From Janthinobacterium sp. 1_2014MBL_MicDiv (GTDB taxonomy: Bacteria; Pseudomonadota; Gammaproteobacteria; Burkholderiales; Burkholderiaceae_D), in assembly GCF_001865675.1 (NCBI RefSeq), contig NZ_CP011319.1, positions 1,318,099-1,350,098 on the forward strand: 32,000 nucleotides of DNA, written 5' to 3'. The notes beneath the pieces were generated by a model. That model made no database searches. It was given only the letters and a program-made list of their open reading frames with translations, and was not told where the DNA came from. The position numbers were made by a program, and so were the translations under genes. Position 1 is the first letter of the stretch. Every line of letters starts with the position of its first letter. Of the stretch, positions 8,724 to 16,858 are shown piece by piece.

Positions 8724-9775
8724 TAATCCATCAAGGCTTTGGCTTGGGCTACCTGGCTGCGGTAGGCGTCAAAAATATTGCGCAGGGAATCGGCCATGGT
8801 GGTGGTCGGCGCCCAGCCCAGCTCTTCGCAGGTATTCGTGATTTTCGGCACGCGGTTCTGCACGTCCTGGTAGCCGGCGCCATAGTAGGCGCCCGAGGTC
8901 GTTTCCACGATTTTCACGTGTTTCGCGCCTTCGGCGTATTCCGGGTATTCGGCAGCCAGGGTCAGCATCATGCCGGCCAGGTCGCGGATCGAGTAATTGT
9001 TGACCGGATTGCCAATGTTGTAAATCTTGCCGCTGGCGATGCCGTTCTTGTTGGCGATGATGCGGATCAGCGCATCGATGCCGTCGTCGATGTAGGTGAA
9101 CGCGCGTTTTTGCGCACCGCCGTCGACCAGCGAGATGTTTTCGCCGCGCACGATATGGCCGAAGAATTGCGTGACCACGCGCGAGGAACCTTCCTTTGGC
9201 GTGTGGATCGAGTCCAGGCCGGCGCCGATCCAGTTAAATGGACGGAACAGCGTGAAGTTCAGGCCTTCCATGCCGTAGCCCCAGATTACGCGGTCCATCA
9301 GCTGCTTGGCGTTCGAATAGATCCAGCGCGGCTTGTTGATCGGGCCGCAGATCAGTTCCGAGTTTTCCGGATCGAATTCCTCGTCGTGGCACATGCCGTA
9401 CACTTCCGAAGTCGACGGGAAGACCAGGTGCTTGCCGTACTTGGCGGCCGAGCGCACGATCGGCAGGTTGGCTTCGAAGTCCAGCTCGAACACGCGCAGC
9501 GGCTGCTTGACGTAGGTCGACGGCGTGGCGATGGCCACCAGCGGCAGGATCACGTCGCATTTCTTGACGTGGTACTCGACCCATTCCTTGTTGATCGTGA
9601 TGTCGCCTTCGAAGAAGTGCATGCGCGACTTGTAGTTTTCATTGTCCAGCAATTCCGTGATGCGGTCCGTGTTCATGTCCATGCCGTAGACATGCCAGTC
9701 GGTGGTTTCCAGGATGCGCTTGGACAGGTGGTGGCCGATGAAGCCGTTGACGCCTAAGATGAGGACTTTTTTCAT
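8723..9775 (-). CDS. arnA: UDP-glucuronate decarboxylase/dehydrogenase, a stand-alone equivalent of the C-terminal half of ArnA
   Basis: Extended-SDR Rossmann motif ILGVNGFIGHHL and catalytic YSNAK. Length is 350 aa. It lies between the formyltransferase gene and arnD. Confidence 0.85.
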   Translation of the reverse strand: MKKVLILGVNGFIGHHLSKRILETTDWHVYGMDMNTDRITELLDNENYKSRMHFFEGDITINKEWVEYHVKKCDVILPLVAIATPSTYVKQPLRVFELDFEANLPIVRSAAKYGKHLVFPSTSEVYGMCHDEEFDPENSELICGPINKPRWIYSNAKQLMDRVIWGYGMEGLNFTLFRPFNWIGAGLDSIHTPKEGSSRVVTQFFGHIVRGENISLVDGGAQKRAFTYIDDGIDALIRIIANKNGIASGKIYNIGNPVNNYSIRDLAGMMLTLAAEYPEYAEGAKHVKIVETTSGAYYGAGYQDVQNRVPKITNTCEELGWAPTTTMADSLRNIFDAYRSQVAQAKALMD

Positions 9776-9797
9776 GTGAGATTCTCGTATGTGATGT

Positions 9798-10715
9798 TCA
9801 GTGTGTGCTGACGCTGGTGGTCAGTCTTTCTTGCAATTGCTTGGCCGAAATCGTCTCATCACCGGCCTTCAGTGCGGAAATGGCCAGCATGCGGCCGTCA
9901 CCGCAGACGCCAAAGATGCAATTATCCACCACCGCCAAGCCCGCTGGCAAACTTCCCGCAGTCTGCTTGCTCAAACGGGCTGTGATGATGGTGTAAACGA
10001 CATGATTGATTTCGGTAAACGCGCCAGGATAAGGGGGCGCGACGGCGCGGTGCAGGTTGTAAACCTGTTGCGCCGGCAAGCCCCAGTCAATGCGGCCATC
10101 GTCGGGCTTGCGCCCGCCGAAGTAGCCGCCCTGGCGCAAATCGTTCGGCTGGCGCGGCGCCGTGCCATCAAGCAGGGCAGGCAGCACGCCCCACAGGGTT
10201 TGCTCGGCGGCCACGGTGACCTTGCCGAAGACTTCGAAGGCCGTGTCGTCGGGCAGGATGGGCACGGCCGTCTGCGCCACGATGGCGCCGGCGTCCGGCT
10301 TGACCGTCATTTCATGCAGGGTGGCGCCCGTTTGCGTGGCGCCATGCAGCACGGCCCAGTTGACGGGCGCGCGGCCGCGGAACTGCGGCAGCAGCGAGCC
10401 GTGCATATTGTAGGCGGGAGCGACTTCCAAGATGCTAGCTGGCAACATGTGACGGTAGTAAAAACTGAACAGCATGTCCGGTTTGGCCGCCTGCACCTGC
10501 GCCAGCAGTTCCGGTGCGCGGGCGTCGCCCGGCGTGATGTAGGGGATGCCTTCGGCCTGGCACAGGCTGGCGACGGATTCGAACCACAGGTTTTCCGCCG
10601 GGTTGTCTTCGTGCGTGACGACCAGGGCGATATCGACGCCGCCCGCCAGCAGCACCTTGATGCAGCGCACGCCGACATTGTGGTAGCCGAAGACGACGGC
10701 GCGCGGGGCGGCCAT
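9798..10715 (-). CDS. arnA: UDP-4-amino-4-deoxy-L-arabinose formyltransferase, a stand-alone equivalent of the N-terminal half of ArnA
   Basis: Fmt-type motifs VVTHEDNP and HGSLLPQFRGRAPVNWAV. The real start is the ATG at 10715 (MAAPRAVVFGYHNVG), which overlaps the arnC stop as TGATG. The 507-aa ORF in the track is an upstream extension that overlaps arnC. Confidence 0.85.
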   Translation of the reverse strand: MAAPRAVVFGYHNVGVRCIKVLLAGGVDIALVVTHEDNPAENLWFESVASLCQAEGIPYITPGDARAPELLAQVQAAKPDMLFSFYYRHMLPASILEVAPAYNMHGSLLPQFRGRAPVNWAVLHGATQTGATLHEMTVKPDAGAIVAQTAVPILPDDTAFEVFGKVTVAAEQTLWGVLPALLDGTAPRQPNDLRQGGYFGGRKPDDGRIDWGLPAQQVYNLHRAVAPPYPGAFTEINHVVYTIITARLSKQTAGSLPAGLAVVDNCIFGVCGDGRMLAISALKAGDETISAKQLQERLTTSVSTH

Positions 10716-11710
10716 CAACGGCCCACCTGGCGTTTTTCCAGGCGCACATACGATGGCGCCTCGGCTTCCGCCTGGGTCATGCCGTCCTGCAGAATGGTTT
10801 GCACCACATAGCGGGGACGGGCGCGCACTTGCTGGAAGATGCGTCCCACGTATTCGCCCACCAGGCCGATGCCGAACAGGATCACGCCCATGAAGAAGAA
10901 GGCGATGGCAAACAGGGTAAACACGCCTTCGGCTTCTGCGCCCAGCAGGAAGCGGCGCACGAGCAGGAAGAGCACCAGCAGCGCCGAGCCCAGCGACAAG
11001 GCCATGCCCAGCATGGAAAAGATTTGCAGGGGAATCAGCGAAAAGCCCGTGACCAGGTCGAAATTGAGGCGGATCAGGCTGTACAGCGAGTATTTCGACT
11101 CGCCGGCGGCCCGTTCCTCGTGTTCGACGATGATCTCCGTGGGTTTGCGGGCAAACGTGTAGGCCAGCGCCGGCACGAAGGTGTTCACTTCGGCGCACTG
11201 GTTGACCAGGTCGATCACATTGCGGCCATACGCGCGCAGCATGTTGCCCTGGTCCGTGATCTTGATGTTGGTGATGCGCTCGCGCAGGCGGTTCATCATT
11301 TTCGAGGCCAGGGTGCGCCACGCGGAATCTTGCCGCTTGCGCCGGATCGAGCCCACGTAATCGTAGCCTTCGCGCATTTTCGCCACCAGGTTGCCGATTT
11401 CCTCGGGCGGATTCTGCAGGTCGGCGTCGAGCGTGATCATGATCTGGCCGCGCGAAGACTCGAAGCCGGCCAGGATGGCCATGTGCTGGCCGTAATTGCC
11501 GTTGAACAAGACGACGCGCGTGACGTCGGGCCGCTGGCGAAACTGCTCGGCCAGGATGCTGACCGAGTTGTCGCGGCTGCCGTCGTTGACGAAGATGATT
11601 TCGTAGCTCGCCTGCAAGGCGTCGAGCGCCGGATACAGGCGGGCGAACAGGGCGGCCAGGCCATCCTGCTCGTTGTAGATAGGAATGATAATGGACAGTT
11701 CAGGTTTCAT
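10715..11710 (-). CDS. arnC: Undecaprenyl-phosphate 4-deoxy-4-formamido-L-arabinose transferase (GT2), ArnC-like
   Basis: GT2 motifs LSIIIPIYNE and DADLQNPPEEI, plus two C-terminal hydrophobic helices. The start is either the ATG at 11710 (MKPELSI) or the GTG at 11725, which abuts the arnB stop. Confidence 0.85.
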   Translation of the reverse strand: MKPELSIIIPIYNEQDGLAALFARLYPALDALQASYEIIFVNDGSRDNSVSILAEQFRQRPDVTRVVLFNGNYGQHMAILAGFESSRGQIMITLDADLQNPPEEIGNLVAKMREGYDYVGSIRRKRQDSAWRTLASKMMNRLRERITNIKITDQGNMLRAYGRNVIDLVNQCAEVNTFVPALAYTFARKPTEIIVEHEERAAGESKYSLYSLIRLNFDLVTGFSLIPLQIFSMLGMALSLGSALLVLFLLVRRFLLGAEAEGVFTLFAIAFFFMGVILFGIGLVGEYVGRIFQQVRARPRYVVQTILQDGMTQAEAEAPSYVRLEKRQVGR

Positions 11711-11721
11711 CGGCGCACTGC

Positions 11722-12858
11722 TCACTTGATGAGGATGGATTTGACGGTGGCGACGGCGCGTTCCACGTCCTGTGGCGTCATGGCGTAGAACATCGGCAGG
11801 GTCACCGTCAGGCGGCCTATTTTTTCCGCGACAGGGAACATGCCTTCGGTAAAGCCGCGTTCGCGGTACATGGTAAACAAGTGGATCGGTGCGTAATGAT
11901 AGCCCGTTCCCACGTTCTGCTGCGCCATTTGCTGCATGAACGTGGCGCGCGTGCCGGGGCCATTGTCGGGCAAGATGATCTGGAACAAGTGCCAGTTGCT
12001 GTTGTCAAAGTCTTGCACGGGCAGCTGGGCGCCGCTGAGCGCTTCGAAGTCGCTGCCGAACTGTTCGAAATAATGGCGTGCCAGCGCGCGGCGGTGGGCC
12101 GTGATGGCGTCGATACTGGCGAACTGGCCCAGGCCGATGGCGGCCATGATGTCGCTCATGTTGTATTTGCCGCCCAGCACATCGACGTCGATGCCGTCGA
12201 CGCCGCTGCGCGTGACGCCCTGCAGCCGGTATTTCTCGGCCAGCCGCGCCTCTTCCAGGTTGTTCAGCACCAGTGCGCCGCCTTCGCCCGTGGTGATGTT
12301 CTTGTTGGCCTGGAAGCTGAACGAGACGAAATCGCCGAATGCGCCGATGCGCTTGCCTTTCCACTCGGAGCCGAATGCCTGCGCCGCGTCTTCCACGACG
12401 CGCAGCTTGTACTTGTCGGCGATTGCGTACAGGCGGTCCATGTCGACGGGCAGGCCCGACAGGTAGACGGGGATGATGGCTTTCGTGCGGGGCGTGATGG
12501 CCGCTTCCAGCTTGTCGAGGTCGATATTCCGGGTGACGGGGTCGATGTCGGCAAAGACGGGCGTGGCGCCCACTTCGATGATGACGTTGGCCGTCGCTAC
12601 CCACGACACGGGCGTGGTGATGACTTCGTCGCCGGGGCCGATGCCGGCGATGCGCAGCGCGATTTCCATGGTGCAGGTACCCGAATTGAAGGTGCGCACG
12701 GGACGCCCGCCGAAATACTCGGACAGCTGGGCTTCGAAGGCCTGGACTTTCGGGCCGCTGGTGATCCAGCCGGAGCGCAGCACCTCGCCGACGGCGGCGA
12801 TCGTCGCTTCATCGATGGTGGGTTTGGAAAAAGGCAAAAAGGGCAGGGGAGAGGTCAT
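11722..12858 (-). CDS. arnB: UDP-4-amino-4-deoxy-L-arabinose--oxoglutarate aminotransferase (DegT/DnrJ/EryC1 family), ArnB-like
   Basis: N-terminus FLPFSKPTIDE and PLP-lysine context SFQANKNITTGEGG. The start is the ATG at 12858 (MTSPLPF). The ORF track runs 24 codons further upstream. Confidence 0.85.
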   Translation of the reverse strand: MTSPLPFLPFSKPTIDEATIAAVGEVLRSGWITSGPKVQAFEAQLSEYFGGRPVRTFNSGTCTMEIALRIAGIGPGDEVITTPVSWVATANVIIEVGATPVFADIDPVTRNIDLDKLEAAITPRTKAIIPVYLSGLPVDMDRLYAIADKYKLRVVEDAAQAFGSEWKGKRIGAFGDFVSFSFQANKNITTGEGGALVLNNLEEARLAEKYRLQGVTRSGVDGIDVDVLGGKYNMSDIMAAIGLGQFASIDAITAHRRALARHYFEQFGSDFEALSGAQLPVQDFDNSNWHLFQIILPDNGPGTRATFMQQMAQQNVGTGYHYAPIHLFTMYRERGFTEGMFPVAEKIGRLTVTLPMFYAMTPQDVERAVATVKSILIK

Positions 12859-13069
12859 GGGTCGCTCGTCTTGTTCTTGGGTAATAGTGTGTCGGTGTAT
12901 CGGAGTCGCGGAAGCCGCCGGCGCGATCAACGTGCGCTGGCTGGCATGACTATTCTAAAGCGTTAATCTGGCGGCGCAGCCGGTTCAGCGGGAAAAATCC
13001 CGTTGATGCGGGGATGGGGCAAGCTGGCCGGGGGCGCGATCGGCCTTGCCGCGCGCCCCTGTAAAATGT

Positions 13070-14743
13070 TTATTTGTTCACAATGACCATGCGGCGCGCA
13101 TCCTCGGCAATGACACGCATGGGGACGCCACGTTGTTGCAATTGTTTGTAACGGTCCAGGCTGATGATGGCCATGTCGTGCACGCCGGCGTCGGCATCGC
13201 GCGTCCATTGCGCGATGAAAGGCTCGATGGTCGGCATGGACAGTTCCGGCTGCTGCTTCAGGCCAAACGTGAACTCATCCCAGTAATCGACGAGGATCAC
13301 GGGGCGCTGCAGGTAATACGTCAGCGACTGTTCATAGATGCCCACCGAATACAGCTTGGTGTCGGCCGTCAGTTCGGCCTGGATCTGCGGCAGCAAATCG
13401 GTGCCGGCGCGGTTCTGGCCATACAGCTCGGAGCCGGCCAGGATGCAGTGCGTGGCGAGGAAGCCGGCGCCGGCGATGGTCAGCACGGTCATGTCGCGCC
13501 GTAACTGGCGCGCATGCAGCAGGGCCAGTGCGCCGCCGGCGAGGGCAAAGAAGCCGGCCGCCATCAGCCATGGCTGGTAGCCCTTCAAGGCGATCAGGGC
13601 GGCGGGATCGCGCGCGCTGGCCTTGCCGAAGGCGATCGGTCCGCCGATCAGGATGGCCGCGCCCAGCACGCACAGCAGGCCGGCGGCCAGCATGCGCTGG
13701 CGGCGCGAGGCCGATTCCAGGTACAGCGCCACCAGCAGCGCCAGCGCCGGGAAGATCGGCACGATGTAGCCGGGCAGCTTCGAGGTCGAATAGCTGAAGA
13801 AGAAGAAGATGAAGACAGCCCAGATCAGCACCATCAGGCGCGGCTGGAAGGCGCCGTCCTGGCGCTTGAAGGCGGCCGCCAGACTTTGCGGCAGCACGCC
13901 TATCCATGGCAGGATGCCGGGAATCAGCAGCAGCAGGAAGTAATACCAGGCGCCTTCGCGCTTGTGGCCCTTCATCAGGAAGCGCTGGAAGTGCTCGTGG
14001 ATGAAGAAGAAATGCGGCTGCTCCGGATTGCGCAGGGCCACCAGCACGAACCATGGCGTGGCGATGGCGAAGAAGACGAGCAAGCCCTTGACCAGGTGCA
14101 AGCGCGTCCAGATGCGCCAGTCGCGCGCGCACAGCGAGTACAGCACCAGCACGGCGCCGGGCAGCACGATGCCGATCAGGCCCTTGGCCAGCACGGCCAG
14201 CGCCATGCCGGCCCAGCAGACCAGCATCCAGTTGCGCCGTTCAGCGTGGGTGGCTTCGTCGCGCTGGGCGATCAACAGGCTGGTCAGGGTCAGGGTCATC
14301 ATGCCCGACAGGCCCATGTCCAGCGAATTGATCTGGCCGGAAGCGAGCCAGAACAGGCTCGATGCCAGCACCAGGCCGGCATACAGCCCCACGCGCGGAC
14401 CGAAGACCTTCTTGCCCGCATACGCCGTCATGCAGACGCCGAGGATGCCGCACAGGCCCGTCCACAGGCGTGCCTGCCACTCGCCCAGGCCAAAGGCGGC
14501 GAAGGTCAGCGCGTTCATCCACGTTTGCAGCGGCGGTTTTTCAAAGTACTTGATGCCGTTCAGGCGCGTGGTGATCCAGTCGCCGCTGACGAACATCTCG
14601 CGCGCCATCTCGGCGTAGCGGCCCTCGTCGGGCGGCACCAGCGTGCGAACGCCCAGCGCATACAGGGTCACGACGATGAAAATGCCCAGCAGGGACCACA
14701 TCAGCACCCGCGAGCTGTGCAGCTCATTGACGTTGATTTTCAT
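13070..14743 (-). CDS. arnT: 4-amino-4-deoxy-L-arabinose (lipid A) transferase, GT39/PMT_2 family, ArnT-like
   Basis: It has many transmembrane helices and the N-terminal loop motifs PPDEGRYAEMAREM and IKYFEKPPL, which are typical of ArnT/GT39. It sits next to arnBCAD. Confidence 0.8.
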   Translation of the reverse strand: MKINVNELHSSRVLMWSLLGIFIVVTLYALGVRTLVPPDEGRYAEMAREMFVSGDWITTRLNGIKYFEKPPLQTWMNALTFAAFGLGEWQARLWTGLCGILGVCMTAYAGKKVFGPRVGLYAGLVLASSLFWLASGQINSLDMGLSGMMTLTLTSLLIAQRDEATHAERRNWMLVCWAGMALAVLAKGLIGIVLPGAVLVLYSLCARDWRIWTRLHLVKGLLVFFAIATPWFVLVALRNPEQPHFFFIHEHFQRFLMKGHKREGAWYYFLLLLIPGILPWIGVLPQSLAAAFKRQDGAFQPRLMVLIWAVFIFFFFSYSTSKLPGYIVPIFPALALLVALYLESASRRQRMLAAGLLCVLGAAILIGGPIAFGKASARDPAALIALKGYQPWLMAAGFFALAGGALALLHARQLRRDMTVLTIAGAGFLATHCILAGSELYGQNRAGTDLLPQIQAELTADTKLYSVGIYEQSLTYYLQRPVILVDYWDEFTFGLKQQPELSMPTIEPFIAQWTRDADAGVHDMAIISLDRYKQLQQRGVPMRVIAEDARRMVIVNK

Positions 14744-15132
14744 GTGGCGCTGCCTGCGCCAGGCGTCAGGATCAGGGCCAGCGTGACTTTGCGGCCTTCG
14801 CCCATGAGGATGTTGTAGGTGCGGCAGGCGGCCTGGCTATCCATGCATTCGACGCCGATGCGGCGCATGGTCAGCGCGGCCGTCAGCTTCGGATGCACGA
14901 AGCGCTGGCGCTCGCCGGTGCCGAGAATGACCACGTCGGGGGCATCGGCCAGGATCTGGTCAAAATGCGCTTCGCTCAACTGTTCAAAACTGCCCACATC
15001 CCAGGCCCGCGGCGGCATTTCCGGCATGACGATCAGGCTATAGTCATAAGGCTGGGCATTGATTTCCACGCCGTTTACATCGTAGCCGGTGACGGTTTGG
15101 TATTGTTGGGTGCTGCTGGCATGAAGTTTCAT
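14740..15132 (-). CDS. Mth938-like / DUF498 domain protein (NDUFAF3-like fold)
   Basis: Contains VVILGTGERQRF and ACRTYNILMGEGRKV, which are characteristic of the DUF498/Xcc1710-like family. Its stop overlaps the arnT start as ATGA (14740-14743). Confidence 0.7.
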   Translation of the reverse strand: MKLHASSTQQYQTVTGYDVNGVEINAQPYDYSLIVMPEMPPRAWDVGSFEQLSEAHFDQILADAPDVVILGTGERQRFVHPKLTAALTMRRIGVECMDSQAACRTYNILMGEGRKVTLALILTPGAGSAT

Positions 15133-15410
15133 GGCGATGGGGCTGAGGGTGTCGGTTGATCGGTGCGCGCGCCGTGCGGAGGTGCGCTGCGGCCAAGGGC
15201 GTTAGCATGCCATAAATGACAGAAAAGAGCGACTGTAAAGCAACATCCTTTCCAATTTGCAATGTTTGGCGTGGCCGCATGCAAGGGCGTTGGCGCCATG
15301 GTAATAGGTAAAGATTAAGGGAAGATGAAGGAGGCGGGGCGGGAAATGTCCGCCGGGCGGGCCGGCGTGGCAGAATTGGCTCTAAATGCTGCAGTCCGCC
15401 ATGTTTAATT

Positions 15411-15419
15411 TGATAAAAT
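15411..15419 (+). promoter_or_regulatory. Candidate extended -10 promoter element (TGATAAAAT) for alaA-hom
   Basis: It matches the TGnTAAAAT pattern and sits about 135 nt upstream of the alaA TTG start. No good -35 was found. Confidence 0.3.
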
Positions 15420-15554
15420 GGCCTGCTTTCGGCGAGAATGGTTGTTTTCGCCTTGCAGTCTCTCGTATTGCAGTCTCATGGGTTCATAGTTCTGGCGCGG
15501 GCCATACGCCGCAAGCGTAAGGCCGGCAGCGCCGCATCACGACAGGGATTTATT

Positions 15555-16784
15555 TTGCGACCGATTCAGAAATCGAATAAATTGGCGGACGTCTGCTACG
15601 ACATCCGCGGCCCGGTCCTGGAAAAATCCAGGCAAATGGAAGAAGAAGGCCACAAGATCACCAAGCTCAATATCGGCAACCTGGCCGTATTCGGCTTCGA
15701 TCCGCCCGACGAGATCGTGCGCGACATGATGCTCAACCTGCAGAACGCGGCCGGCTATACGGATTCGAAAGGCATGTTCGCGCCGCGCAAGGCCGTCATG
15801 CACTATACGCAAGGCAAGAATATCGCCGGCGTGACCATCGACGACATTTACCTGGGCAATGGCGCTTCCGAACTGATCGTGATGTCGATGAACGCGCTGC
15901 TCAACAGCGGCGACGAAGTGCTGGTGCCCGCGCCCGATTACCCGCTGTGGACGGCCGCCGTCAGCCTGTCGGGCGGCAATCCCGTGCATTATGTGTGCGA
16001 CGAGCAGAACGAATGGTATCCCGACATCGAGGACATGCGCCGCAAGATCACGCCGCAGACCAAGGCCATCGTCGTCATCAACCCGAACAACCCCACGGGC
16101 GCGCTGTACCCGGTGGCCGTGCTGCTGCAGATCGTCGAACTGGCGCGCCAGCACCAGCTGATCATTTTCGCTGACGAAATCTACGACAAGGTGCTGTACG
16201 ACGAAGCCGAGCACGTGTCGATCGCCTCGCTGGCCGACGATGTGCTGTTCATCACCATGAACGGCTTGTCGAAGAATTACCGCTCCTGCGGCTACCGCTC
16301 TGGCTGGATGGTGGTCTCGGGCGAAAAGCGGCACGCCAAGGATTACATCGAGGGCCTCAACATGCTGGCCTCGATGCGGCTATGCGCCAACGCGCCGGGG
16401 CAGTTTGCCATCCAGACGGCGCTTGGCGGCTACCAGAGCATACAAGACCTGGTGGGGCCTGGCGGGCGCCTGTTGAAACAGCGCGACCTGGCGCACAAGC
16501 TGCTGACCGATATTCCGGGCGTCACCTGTGTCAAGCCGAAGGCCGCGCTGTACATGTTCCCGCGTCTGGATCCGGAGATTTACCCGATCGCCGACGACCA
16601 GCAGTTTGCCTATGAATTACTGGCCGAAGCCAAGGTCCTGATCGTGCAGGGCACGGGGTTCAACTGGATCGCGCCCGACCATTTTCGCGTCGTCTTCCTG
16701 CCTAACTCCGATGACCTGACCGAGGCCATGGGCCGCATCGCGCGCTTCCTCGAAGGTTACCGCAAGCGTCACAGCCGGGGCTGA
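15555..16784 (+). CDS. alaA: Glutamate-pyruvate (alanine) aminotransferase, class I PLP enzyme, AlaA-like
   Basis: The N-terminus RPIQKSNKLADVCYDIRGPV resembles the AlaA start as I recall it from E. coli. Other motifs are NIGNLAVFGF, the PLP-lysine context NGLSKNYRSCGYRSGW, and MRLCAN. I chose the TTG at 15555, which has AGGGA 6 nt upstream. The ORF track begins 39 codons earlier, at 15438. Confidence 0.85.
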   Translation: MRPIQKSNKLADVCYDIRGPVLEKSRQMEEEGHKITKLNIGNLAVFGFDPPDEIVRDMMLNLQNAAGYTDSKGMFAPRKAVMHYTQGKNIAGVTIDDIYLGNGASELIVMSMNALLNSGDEVLVPAPDYPLWTAAVSLSGGNPVHYVCDEQNEWYPDIEDMRRKITPQTKAIVVINPNNPTGALYPVAVLLQIVELARQHQLIIFADEIYDKVLYDEAEHVSIASLADDVLFITMNGLSKNYRSCGYRSGWMVVSGEKRHAKDYIEGLNMLASMRLCANAPGQFAIQTALGGYQSIQDLVGPGGRLLKQRDLAHKLLTDIPGVTCVKPKAALYMFPRLDPEIYPIADDQQFAYELLAEAKVLIVQGTGFNWIAPDHFRVVFLPNSDDLTEAMGRIARFLEGYRKRHSRG

Positions 16785-16811
16785 ACCGGCCAGCAGCAAT
16801 CTCGATCAACC

Positions 16812-16834
16812 TGGCGCCGCACTCGGCGGCGCCA
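16812..16834 (+). other. Intercistronic stem-loop between alaA and hom (no U-tract)
   Basis: A perfect 9-bp stem, TGGCGCCGC / GCGGCGCCA, with a 5-nt loop. It lies 28 nt after the alaA stop and 25 nt before the hom ATG. Confidence 0.3.
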
Positions 16835-16858
16835 CTTAATGAGCAGTCAAGCATAACT

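Noticed and set aside
10716-11321. N-terminal 202-codon extension of the formyltransferase ORF (507-aa version)
   Set aside because: It overlaps arnC in another frame and is Pro/Arg/Gly/His-rich. Recognisable formyltransferase sequence begins at the ATG at 10715, which is coupled to the arnC stop.
12938-12975. TTCTAAAGCGTTAATC repeat-like motif in the arnT-arnB spacer as a regulator box, and TAGAAT as a -10
   Set aside because: The half-site spacing is about 8-9 nt rather than one helical turn. No acceptable -35 lies 16-18 nt upstream of TAGAAT.
15303-15319. PmrA-box-like direct repeat (CTTAAT-CTTTA-CCTATT on the minus strand) upstream of the DUF498-arnT operon
   Set aside because: Only one half-site is perfect and the second matches 4 of 6 positions. 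No -10 element lies at the expected distance. The site is about 170 nt from the start codon, and I cannot establish that a PmrA orthologue exists in this organism.
15346-15408. 20-codon mini-ORF (MSAGRAGVAELALNAAVRHV) preceded by AAGGAGG, as a possible leader peptide for alaA-hom
   Set aside because: The SD-to-ATG spacing is long (11 nt). The peptide has no run of regulatory codons (Thr/Ile/Met/Ala tandem). No terminator/antiterminator pair is evident. It lies upstream of the best -10 candidate.
15438-15554. Upstream ATG start for alaA, giving a 448-aa protein
   Set aside because: The extension MVVFALQSLVLQSHGFIVLARAIRRKRKAGSAASRQGFI has no counterpart in AlaA-type enzymes. Recognisable AlaA-type sequence begins at RPIQKSNKL, where a TTG start has a good AGGGA ribosome-binding site. 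This still needs experimental confirmation.
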